64,000 bases of DNA from Candidatus Micrarchaeota archaeon (GTDB lineage Archaea > Micrarchaeota > Micrarchaeia > Micrarchaeales > Micrarchaeaceae), in assembly GCA_030037075.1 (NCBI GenBank), contig JASHRX010000023.1:4008-68007 (forward strand). The letters are read 5' to 3'. The translations under genes and the position numbers were made by a program. Positions 30,340 to 39,217 of the stretch are shown one piece after another. A model generated the notes under the pieces. That model had not been told where the DNA came from. It did not search any database and was given only the letters and a program-made list of their open reading frames with translations. Numbering within the stretch: the first letter of the stretch is position 1; every line of letters starts with the position of its first letter.

Positions 30340-31395
30340 CTAGTACAAGACCCTGATGTCTTCATATCTGAACTTTTTCGGAGGAGCACCGACAATCGGG
30401 ATAATGTTCTTGCATTTCTTGCAGCGCATCTCTTTATCGAGTAGCCATTTTGTAACGTAGTGCCCCATCCTTTCTATAGCAAGTGCACCGCACTTTGGGC
30501 AATAGGTGCTCTCATACGGGTTGCCGGCTACGTTACCTATGTAGACATAATCGAGCCCGTTATTCTTTGCAACATCATAGTGCGCCTTCAGAGTAGCAAA
30601 GCTTGTTACGGGATAATCAAGCATCTTGTAGTCGGGATGGAACTGTGTGAATTGAATAGGAGTATCAGAGCCCACCTCGTCGTGTATCCACCTAGTGAGC
30701 CTCTCGCACGCCTCCAGAGAATCTCCAACCTTCGGTATTATCAGGTCTGTCATCTCAACGTGGATTCCAGATCTCTTAAGCTCTACCACAGCCTCTTTGA
30801 CAGGTTCGTTGGACAGAACAACCTCATACTTGTTGGTGAATTTGTCCTCGCCGTTGCCCTTGAAGTCCACAACCGCCGCATCAATTACGCCCCTCATCCT
30901 CGCAACGGTCTCTTTAGTCATGTACCCGTTGGTTACGAATAGGTTTTTCAGCCCGTTTTTGTGTGCTATCCGCGCCACGTCAAGCGCATACTCTATGAAA
31001 ATTGTCGGTTCATTGTAAGTAAATGCTATTGATTCTGCGTTATTCTCTATCGCCAGTGCAACTATCTTCTCGGGAGACGTCTCAGCACCGCCTATATCTC
31101 GGTCCTTCGAGATGTTATGGTTCTGGCAGAACATGCAACCCCAATTGCATGAACTAGTCCCTATCCCAAATACGTAACTGCCTGGCATGAAATGGTTGAA
31201 CGGTTTCTTTTCAATTGGATCTACCTGCATCGCCGCGATTACTCCATAGTTGATAAGTTTTAATCTACCATCAATATTCTGCCTCACATAGCAGAAACCG
31301 TGAGACCCTTCTGGTATTTTGCAGCGCCTCGCGCAAGCTACGCACTCAACTTTATTTCCGGGCAAACCGTTCCACAGAATCGCATCCTTGATCAT
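30340..31395 (-). CDS. AmmeMemoRadiSam-system radical SAM enzyme (PflA-like activase family)
   Basis: N-terminal CVACARRCKIPEGSHGFC cluster, radical-SAM CNWGCMFCQN, and a C-terminal CPKCG...CKKC cluster. Confidence 0.75.
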   Translation of the reverse strand: MIKDAILWNGLPGNKVECVACARRCKIPEGSHGFCYVRQNIDGRLKLINYGVIAAMQVDPIEKKPFNHFMPGSYVFGIGTSSCNWGCMFCQNHNISKDRDIGGAETSPEKIVALAIENNAESIAFTYNEPTIFIEYALDVARIAHKNGLKNLFVTNGYMTKETVARMRGVIDAAVVDFKGNGEDKFTNKYEVVLSNEPVKEAVVELKRSGIHVEMTDLIIPKVGDSLEACERLTRWIHDEVGSDTPIQFTQFHPDYKMLDYPVTSFATLKAHYDVAKNNGLDYVYIGNVAGNPYESTYCPKCGALAIERMGHYVTKWLLDKEMRCKKCKNIIPIVGAPPKKFRYEDIRVLY

Positions 31396-31542
31396 CGCTA
31401 TCTATATGGGATTTCTAATATTTAACCATTGTCAAGGCTCGAACAAATGGTCGCACCAAAAGGGTTTTAAATGTAAAAAACCAATAATATGCAGTAGCAG
31501 ATTTAGGGCGATTTGTCGTCGTAAAATAACCGAGGCATTAGT

Positions 31543-33450
31543 GTGGATGATAGTGAGTATTCTGCAAAGGACATAGTGGTCCTTTCTGGCACGCAGGGAG
31601 TCAGAAAGAGGCCAGCCATGTACATAGGCTCCACTGGCAGCCCTGGCTTCCTGCACCTGCTCTATGAGGTGCTTGACAACGCCGTGGACGAAGCAATAGC
31701 AGGGTACGCAAAGAATGTTACTATAAAACTAACGAAGGAGGAGGACATTGACGCCGCTGAGATAAGCGATGACGGCCGCGGAATACCCATAGACATAATC
31801 CCGAAGGTGGGAAAACCCGCTTTGGAGGTAATATTTACCTCCCTGCACTCGGGTGCCAAGTTCGACAGCAAGGTGTACAAGGTTTCTGGGGGCCTCCACG
31901 GCGTCGGCCTCACGGTGGTAAATTCGCTCTCCGAATACACAGAAGTTACGGTCAGAAAGACCGGCAAGGTCTACAGGCAGAGGTTCAGCAAGGGCACCGT
32001 ACTCACTCCCCTGGAGGAGATAGGCAGCTCAGGAGACAGCACCGGCACCACAATAAAATTCAAGCCAGACAAGGAGATATTCTCGGCAAAGAGCTTTGAT
32101 ACCATAGAGCTCACTGAAAGACTCAAAGACCTCTCCTACCTCAACCCGGGGCTGCGCATAAAACTCATAGACGAAAGGGAACAGCCTGCAAAGGAGGCAG
32201 AGTACTTCTCAAAGAACGGGCTGCAGGACTTCCTGTCGCACCTGCGGGGCACGCAGCAGGAGATAACCAAGCCAATCTACATAAGCAAGGAAACCAGCTC
32301 GCTGAAGCTGGAGATGATAATGCAGTATGTAAACTCATACACTGAAGACATCATCTCATTCGTCAACAAAATAAAGACATCGCAAGGCGGCACGCATGTA
32401 ACGGGGTTCAGAGGCGCCCTCACAAGGGCGATAACCAACTACAACCAGAAGAACGGGAAGAGGAAAGGAGGCGTTGCGCTCGAGGGCGATGATACAAGGG
32501 AGGGGCTCATCGCCATAATATCATTGCTGATGCAGAACCCTGAATTCGAGGGTCAGACAAAAGAGAAGCTCGGCAACAGCAATGTCAAGTCTATTGTGGA
32601 GAACACATTCTACACCGAGTTTTCAAGGTACCTGGAGGAAAACCCCGCAGAAGCGGGCAGGATAATCGAAAAGGTCTACTCCGCTGCGGAGGCCAGGGAG
32701 TCAGCGAGGCGCGCAAGGGAGCTCGCCAGGAAGAAGGGGCTCTTCGAGGGTGCGATACTGCCAGGCAAGCTGGCTGACTGCACGGAAACCGACCCGTCGA
32801 AGTGCGAGATATTCATAGTAGAAGGCGAGAGCGCGGCGGGATCGAGCAAGGAAGCCCGCGATAGGTTCTATCAGGCAATACTCCCGCTCAGGGGCAAGGT
32901 CCTCAACGTCGAGAAAGCGAGCGAGGAGAAGATATTCGCCAACGCGGAGCTGCACACAATGGTTACTGCATTCGGCACGGGAATAAAGGACTCGTTCAAC
33001 GCTGACGGGGTCCGCTACAGGAAGATAATACTGCTCACAGACGCAGATGTTGACGGCAGCCACATCCGCACACTGCTTTTGACATTCCTCTACAGGTACA
33101 TGAAACCGCTGATCGAGCGAGGCTACGTCTTCATAGGGCAGCCGCCTCTGTACAAGGCGGTGAAGGGTCGCGATGCAAGGTACGCGTATTCCGACCAGCA
33201 GCTCACCGAGATAATGAAGGTCTTCGAGGGCAAGGCAACGGTGCAGAGGTACAAGGGCCTTGGAGAGATGAACCCAGAGCAATTGTGGGAGACGACAATG
33301 GACCCGAAGAACAGGGTGCTAAAGAGGATTACAATAGGGGATGCGGAGCTAGCCAACACCATGTTCACAATACTCATGGGACTTGATGTTGAACAGCGAA
33401 GGCATTTCCTGGAAGAGCATGCAAATGAGGTAAAGTTCCTCGATGTCTGA
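31543..33450 (+). CDS. gyrB: DNA gyrase subunit B
   Basis: GHKL ATPase motifs (LHLLYEVLDNAVDE, GGLHGVG), Toprim (EIFIVEGESAGGS, LTDADVDGSHI), PLYK; GTG start. Confidence 0.95.
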   Translation: MDDSEYSAKDIVVLSGTQGVRKRPAMYIGSTGSPGFLHLLYEVLDNAVDEAIAGYAKNVTIKLTKEEDIDAAEISDDGRGIPIDIIPKVGKPALEVIFTSLHSGAKFDSKVYKVSGGLHGVGLTVVNSLSEYTEVTVRKTGKVYRQRFSKGTVLTPLEEIGSSGDSTGTTIKFKPDKEIFSAKSFDTIELTERLKDLSYLNPGLRIKLIDEREQPAKEAEYFSKNGLQDFLSHLRGTQQEITKPIYISKETSSLKLEMIMQYVNSYTEDIISFVNKIKTSQGGTHVTGFRGALTRAITNYNQKNGKRKGGVALEGDDTREGLIAIISLLMQNPEFEGQTKEKLGNSNVKSIVENTFYTEFSRYLEENPAEAGRIIEKVYSAAEARESARRARELARKKGLFEGAILPGKLADCTETDPSKCEIFIVEGESAAGSSKEARDRFYQAILPLRGKVLNVEKASEEKIFANAELHTMVTAFGTGIKDSFNADGVRYRKIILLTDADVDGSHIRTLLLTFLYRYMKPLIERGYVFIGQPPLYKAVKGRDARYAYSDQQLTEIMKVFEGKATVQRYKGLGEMNPEQLWETTMDPKNRVLKRITIGDAELANTMFTILMGLDVEQRRHFLEEHANEVKFLDV

Positions 33451-35869
33451 TATCATGGCAGAGAACGAGCACCTAGAGTCACCGATTGAGAAGGAGATGC
33501 AGTCCAGCTATCTGGACTACGCAATGAGCGTGATAATAGGCAGGGCCCTGCCCGATGCAAGGGACGGGCTCAAGCCAGCGCAGAGAAGGATACTCTTTGC
33601 GATGTACAGGCTCAACAACATGCACGACCAGCCCACAAAGAAGAGCGCGAGGATTGTCGGAGATGTGATAGGAAAGTACCACCCACACGGAGACCTGGCC
33701 GTTTATGGTACGTTAATCAGGATGGCCCAGAGCTTCTCAATGAACCACACGCTTGTCGAGGGCCAGGGCAACATGGGCTCAATCGATGGAGACCCGCCCG
33801 CTGCGCAGCGTTACACGGAAGTAAGGCTGAACAGGCTTGCGGAAGAGATGCTTGCCGACATAGAAAAGAAATCCGTCCCGTTTGCGCCCAATTTCGACAA
33901 CACGGAAGAGGAGCCCCTTGTACTTCCAGCAAAGGTGCCGAACCTGTTGATTAACGGAGCGGCGGGGATAGCCGTCGGAGTCGCAACCAACATACTGCAT
34001 CACAACCTTGCGGAGGTGTGCGATGCCGTTGTCGCTTACATAGACAACCCAGAAATAACGGCTCACGACATGCTCCAGTACATAAAAGGGCCCGACTTCC
34101 CGACTGGCGGAACGGTCTTTTACAGCGGATCCCTGGTCTCTTCGTACACCACCGGCAGGGGCTCCTGCACAATCAGGGGCAAGACGGTTGTGGAGGAGCA
34201 GAAGAACAGGAACGCTATAATAATCAAGGAGATACCATACACGGTAAACAAGGCATCTCTCGTCCAGAAGATAGCGGAACTGGTAAAGGAGAAGAGAATA
34301 CAGGGGATAAGCGACCTGAGGGACGAAAGCGGCAAGGAGGGAATACGCGTCGTGATAGAGCTCAGGAAGGATGCAAGCGTGGACACCGTGCTGAACACGC
34401 TCTACAAGCACACGCAGCTTCAGATAACCCTTCCGGTAATGAACATCGCGGTGATAAAGAACAGCCTTCTCACTCTCAACCTCAAGCAGTTCATAAAGAT
34501 ATTCGTCGACCACAGGATTGAAGTCATAAAGAGCCGCACAAAGTACGACCTCGAGGTGGCCTCAGACAGGCTGCACATAGTGGAAGGCCTTCTCATCGCG
34601 ATAGCGAGCATCAACGAGGTAATAGCGACCATAAAGAAGAGCTCCGACACGAAGGAGGCACGCGCAAACCTTGTCAAGGGCTACGGGGTCACCGAGAAGC
34701 AGGCCAACGCGATACTCGACATGAAGCTTAGCAAGCTCACGAGCCTCGAAAGCGGCTCGCTTGAGGGCGAGAAGAAGGACCTCGGGGCGAGCATAAAGGA
34801 CTACAACGACATATTGTCAAACGAAACCAGGATATTCAAGATAATCAAGGACGAGACCAAGGAGATAAAGGAGAAGTACGGAAGAGAGCGCCGCACCACG
34901 ATCGACACAAGCACCAAGGTGGAAGAGATTGAGGTGGAGAACGAGGCGCTGATTGCCGACGAGGACACCACAGTAATACTCACAAAGAACAACTACATGA
35001 AGAGGATGCCCACCACTATATACAAGACGCAAGGGCGCGGCGGAAAGGGCGTGATAGCGATAGAGCTCCGCGAAGGCGACTTCGTAAACCAGATAACGTC
35101 CTGCAGGTCGAAGGACTACCTCCTCTTGCTCACTAACAAGGGCAGGGCCTACTGGCTTAAGGCGTACCAAGTACCCGAGGCAAGCAGGTACAGCGTCGGC
35201 AAGGCTGCTGTGAATCTTGTTAGGCTTTCTGAAGGAGAGACGGTTGCGAAGATGGTGAACACCAGGATATTCTCGGGAAGCTTCCTAACATTTGTGACAA
35301 AGAAGGGCACGATAAAGAGGGTCAAGGCGGAGAGCTTCTCGAAGCCGCGCGCCACAGGCATAATTGCCCTACCTCTCAACCAGGAAGACTCGCTCGCAGA
35401 CGTCTGCATATCAGATGGCACGTCCGACATATTCATAGCAACGGCCAACGGCAAGGCGCTGAGGTTCAACGAGAACGACATACGCGCGATGGGCAGGAAC
35501 GCACACGGCGTAAGGGGCATGAGGATTTCTGGAACAGACAGCGTAGTCACGCTCCTGCAGGCAAAGAAGGCCGACCTGATAGTAACTGTCACGGAGAACG
35601 GCTTCGGAAAAGCCACAAAGCTGGAGGAATACAGGCTGCAGAGGCGCGGCGGAAAGGGCGTCATAAACCTGAAGGTGAAGGAGAAGACCGGGCACGTCGT
35701 CAAGTCTATCAAGACGCAGGAATCGTCTGAAGTCCTGCTAATAAACTCCAAGGGTCTCTCGATACAGTTCCCGGCCTCGTCAATCAGGGTGACCGGAAGG
35801 AGCGCATCTGGAGTAAGGCTGATGCGCGTGGACAAGGGTTCTGCAGTTGTTGACGCACAGATACTCTAG
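33443..35869 (+). CDS. gyrA: DNA gyrase subunit A
   Basis: DGLKPAQRRIL, HPHGD, an active-site Tyr region, and a C-terminal beta-pinwheel with a GyrA-box-like QRRGGKG. Overlaps gyrB by 8 nt. Confidence 0.95.
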   Translation: MSDIMAENEHLESPIEKEMQSSYLDYAMSVIIGRALPDARDGLKPAQRRILFAMYRLNNMHDQPTKKSARIVGDVIGKYHPHGDLAVYGTLIRMAQSFSMNHTLVEGQGNMGSIDGDPPAAQRYTEVRLNRLAEEMLADIEKKSVPFAPNFDNTEEEPLVLPAKVPNLLINGAAGIAVGVATNILHHNLAEVCDAVVAYIDNPEITAHDMLQYIKGPDFPTGGTVFYSGSLVSSYTTGRGSCTIRGKTVVEEQKNRNAIIIKEIPYTVNKASLVQKIAELVKEKRIQGISDLRDESGKEGIRVVIELRKDASVDTVLNTLYKHTQLQITLPVMNIAVIKNSLLTLNLKQFIKIFVDHRIEVIKSRTKYDLEVASDRLHIVEGLLIAIASINEVIATIKKSSDTKEARANLVKGYGVTEKQANAILDMKLSKLTSLESGSLEGEKKDLGASIKDYNDILSNETRIFKIIKDETKEIKEKYGRERRTTIDTSTKVEEIEVENEALIADEDTTVILTKNNYMKRMPTTIYKTQGRGGKGVIAIELREGDFVNQITSCRSKDYLLLLTNKGRAYWLKAYQVPEASRYSVGKAAVNLVRLSEGETVAKMVNTRIFSGSFLTFVTKKGTIKRVKAESFSKPRATGIIALPLNQEDSLADVCISDGTSDIFIATANGKALRFNENDIRAMGRNAHGVRGMRISGTDSVVTLLQAKKADLIVTVTENGFGKATKLEEYRLQRRGGKGVINLKVKEKTGHVVKSIKTQESSEVLLINSKGLSIQFPASSIRVTGRSASGVRLMRVDKGSAVVDAQIL

Positions 35870-35933
35870 GAATACGACGCCTAGGAAAACTTAAAAAGAC
35901 AAATGACGTTATATAAAGGAACGGGGGTAGGGT

Positions 35934-36446
35934 ATGATCTGGATTCTAGCTGTAGGCAAGGCGAATTATGACTCTAAGCTCGACCTGGCGATGGTCTCAA
36001 GGGCTTTCGGGGCATCCAACATAACCTTCTGCCCCGGCGAGAAGGACGGAAAGCGCCTCATAAAATACTGCCAGGCGATGAGCAGGCGTTGGGGAGGGAA
36101 CTTCGGCGTATCCTACACGGATGACTGGAAGAGGTTCATCGCGGAGCGGAAGAACTACCTCAAGATATACCTCACAAGGTACGGCATGTCAATGACAAAG
36201 CTCGGCTATCAGGTCAGGACATACAAGAACGTGCTTGCCATAGTGAGCTTCACGGAATCAATCAAGCCGCTCTACGATGCGGCCGACTTCAACATGAGCA
36301 TAACAACCCAACCGCACTCGTGCTCCTCCTCAGTCGCCGTATTCCTGCATGAGTTCTACAGCGGCCGCGAGCTCTCCATGCACTTCGAGAACGCGAAGTA
36401 CAAGATAAATCCGGGCGATCACGGAGTCAGGGTCAAGAAGCTTTAG
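35934..36446 (+). CDS. trm56: tRNA (cytidine56-2'-O)-methyltransferase Trm56
   Basis: SRAFGA, RRWGGNF, YLTRYG and TTQPHS motifs match my memory of SPOUT-class aTrm56. Confidence 0.65.
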   Translation: MIWILAVGKANYDSKLDLAMVSRAFGASNITFCPGEKDGKRLIKYCQAMSRRWGGNFGVSYTDDWKRFIAERKNYLKIYLTRYGMSMTKLGYQVRTYKNVLAIVSFTESIKPLYDAADFNMSITTQPHSCSSSVAVFLHEFYSGRELSMHFENAKYKINPGDHGVRVKKL

Positions 36447-39205
36447 CCGGCCGACCAGTACTTCTTGGTTCTTATGAACTGCTTCTGCGCCTCTATCAGG
36501 TCCTTGTAGAAAAGCGATTCCTCCTTTCGGTGCATTAGCAAGGCACGGGCTGCGCTGGATGGGCCTATCCCATAAGTGGCAAGCGCGAGAGCGGCCTTGC
36601 CACCGTATGAGCTGAAGAGCCCGGCCTCCTTCATTACCTCGGCGAATATGATCTTGCCTTCCTTGTCGAGGCGCTTGCCATCTTTCCTTTTCTTTACAAC
36701 CTGGCTGTGCAGCTCCGAGTACCTGCATATCATCACGCTGCCGCAGGAGTCGCACTTCAGCGGGTTCACCTCCTTTATCTCTGAAAGTTTTCTGGTAAAC
36801 ATGAAGCCGCAGTAGGTGCAGAGCAGTTCTATGTCCTTCTTCAGCAGGAAACTCGAGAACGATTCCAGTATCGCCTTGCTCGGCGCAGAAGGGGCCATCA
36901 GCTCTCTCGTGTAGTATGCCGCGTTGAGTATCTCATCGGCAAGCGGAGATATGCCTTGTTCTTGCGACTCTACTATCCTTGTCTTTCCGTTCTGCACCTT
37001 CTCTAGGAAAACCTTCAGGTTTTCAAGATCAAAGCCCCTCAAAACGTCGTGCAGCGCCTCATCGTACACTGGTGTGCCCGCCATAACCCTTATGATCCTC
37101 TTCACAAGGGACTTCGAGAGGCTCGCCCCCTTGTCTATTACTCCAAAGAGCTTCGCAACGTTCACAAACTTGTACCTGAAAAGATCTGTGTCCTTTACCG
37201 CCTCTTCGAGCGCCCTATCAATAGACCTCACATTTATCTTCGCGATCAGGTCCCCTATCCGCACGTTCTTTGGTGCGTCAAACATGATGAAATAGGGAGA
37301 GGACCTGACGCTTGAGCTCCTGCCTATGAAGGTGGTCATAAGGTGCACAAGAAGCCTTGATAGTGCGTCGTTCGCCATGGTTCCGAGCCCGGTATGCGCG
37401 ATCAGGAAGTCTTCGACGCGCTCCACCACCAGCGCATTGCTGTTCTGCGTGCCAAACTTCTGCTGCGCCTCGCAGAAGTCGGTAATTTGGCCCAGAGTGC
37501 CCTTGTCTGTGCACCCCAAGTCCTTTATCTCACCTATGCTGCCCATCAGCCGCATGGCCTCCTTAGATACGTCACAGCAGACAGGTATGTCCTCCCCCGA
37601 CCAGTCTGGTATCGCCGCGTCAAGCCGCTCGCTAGGCTCCACGCTCACTCTGTCTTCGTCTATGCTGACTACCTTCCAGGGCAGGCCCTTAACGATGAAA
37701 ACAGAGCCTTCCTCTATGTTCGCGGCCACGAACTTCTCGTCCAACGCGGATATTACCCTGTTGTCTGATATGTTCTTGACAACGAACTTCCTGGTGTCGG
37801 GTATGACGCTCAGGTGGCCATAATAGTATATGCGGGTCCTTCCGTGCGGCGCAACCTTTTCCCCATCAAAGAAGAGCATACGCTGCGTCTCCATGAACTC
37901 CAGCATCTTTCTTATGGCCTCGTCGCCCAGGTTCCTGAAAGGGTACGACCTCCTAACCAGCGATGCAATCTCTTTCAGTGTAGTGGATTTCTTGTCAAGC
38001 GCAATACCGCAGACTTGGTTGAAGAGTACGTCCAAAGGAGCTTCGCAGACGCCGAACCTTTCCACATTGCCGCTCTTCATGTTCTTGTAGACCGAGATCG
38101 CCTCCATGGCATCCATATTGCTCGTGGCTATTATCTTGCCGGTAGCGGTACCGCTTTCGGAATGGCCGCTCCTTCCCACGCGCTGCACCAGCCTCAACGC
38201 CTGCCGGGGTGAGCCGTACTGTATGACAAGGTCGATATTTCCTATGTCAATGCCGAGCTCCAGGGAGCTCGTAGCTATCAGGCTCCTTATCTTCCCGCCC
38301 TTGAAATTATCCTCCATCTCTATCCTGTCATTCCTGTCAAGCGAGCCATGGTGCACTCCTATGCCGCCAAAATCGTGTATCCTGTTCAGCGCCACCAGCC
38401 GGCTGCCCAGGGCCTCGACAACCTGCCTGGTGTTGCCGAAGATGAGCGTTGATTTTGATGCCTCAATGGACTTTGATATCTCTTCTATCCTCGCAAGTGA
38501 CTTCTCATCTAGGTCGAACTTGCTTGACAGCTCCTTCACATGTTTGCCATAACCTGCCGGAAGCGATACGCCTACGGCAGTCTTTTTGATTGCACCAGAA
38601 GATGCAACCTTGAATTGCCTCCCTCCACACAGGAAGAGTCCCGCTACGTTCGGGTCGGAAACAGTGGCGCTTATCCCAATCCTCATGAACCCCGGCGCCA
38701 TCTCTTCGAGCCTCTCCAGCGCAACAGAGAGCTGAGCCCCCCTTTTGTTGTAATAGAGCTCGTGCAGCTCGTCCACGACAACGAATTCAATGTTCTTTAG
38801 GTGCTGGGCGAATGACTTGGCAGGGAGTATGCTCTGCAGGGTCTCCGGAGTAGTTATGAGGACGACCGGCGCCTTCTTCTCCTGCCTCCGGCGTTCAGCC
38901 TGTAGCGTGTCGCCGTGCCTCACCGATATGCTAATGCTCGCGGAATCGCAAAGCCATGTCAGCCTCTTTATCATGTCCCTGTTGAGTGCCCTCAGCGGCG
39001 TTATGTACAGCACCTTTATGCCTTCTAGCCCTCCCCTCCCGGAAAGACGTTTTATTATCGGCAGGACAGCCGCCTCTGTCTTGCCTGCTCCGGTAGGCGC
39101 GACTATTATGCAGTTCTGCCCCCGCTCGACTATCGGCAACGCCACCTTCTGGACAGCCGTGAGGCTGCCGTATCTAGATAAGAACGTCTCGTATATGTCT
39201 GTCAT
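36443..39205 (-). CDS. lhr: Lhr-type large superfamily-2 DNA helicase
   Basis: APTGAGKTEAA, DELHE, SAT and QRVGRSGH motifs plus a ~450-aa C-terminal extension with a Cys4 cluster (CTYCG...CDSCG). Confidence 0.8.
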   Translation of the reverse strand: MTDIYETFLSRYGSLTAVQKVALPIVERGQNCIIVAPTGAGKTEAAVLPIIKRLSGRGGLEGIKVLYITPLRALNRDMIKRLTWLCDSASISISVRHGDTLQAERRRQEKKAPVVLITTPETLQSILPAKSFAQHLKNIEFVVVDELHELYYNKRGAQLSVALERLEEMAPGFMRIGISATVSDPNVAGLFLCGGRQFKVASSGAIKKTAVGVSLPAGYGKHVKELSSKFDLDEKSLARIEEISKSIEASKSTLIFGNTRQVVEALGSRLVALNRIHDFGGIGVHHGSLDRNDRIEMEDNFKGGKIRSLIATSSLELGIDIGNIDLVIQYGSPRQALRLVQRVGRSGHSESGTATGKIIATSNMDAMEAISVYKNMKSGNVERFGVCEAPLDVLFNQVCGIALDKKSTTLKEIASLVRRSYPFRNLGDEAIRKMLEFMETQRMLFFDGEKVAPHGRTRIYYYGHLSVIPDTRKFVVKNISDNRVISALDEKFVAANIEEGSVFIVKGLPWKVVSIDEDRVSVEPSERLDAAIPDWSGEDIPVCCDVSKEAMRLMGSIGEIKDLGCTDKGTLGQITDFCEAQQKFGTQNSNALVVERVEDFLIAHTGLGTMANDALSRLLVHLMTTFIGRSSSVRSSPYFIMFDAPKNVRIGDLIAKINVRSIDRALEEAVKDTDLFRYKFVNVAKLFGVIDKGASLSKSLVKRIIRVMAGTPVYDEALHDVLRGFDLENLKVFLEKVQNGKTRIVESQEQGISPLADEILNAAYYTRELMAPSAPSKAILESFSSFLLKKDIELLCTYCGFMFTRKLSEIKEVNPLKCDSCGSVMICRYSELHSQVVKKRKDGKRLDKEGKIIFAEVMKEAGLFSSYGGKAALALATYGIGPSSAARALLMHRKEESLFYKDLIEAQKQFIRTKKYWSAG

Positions 39206-39217
39206 AAAAACCCGCAG

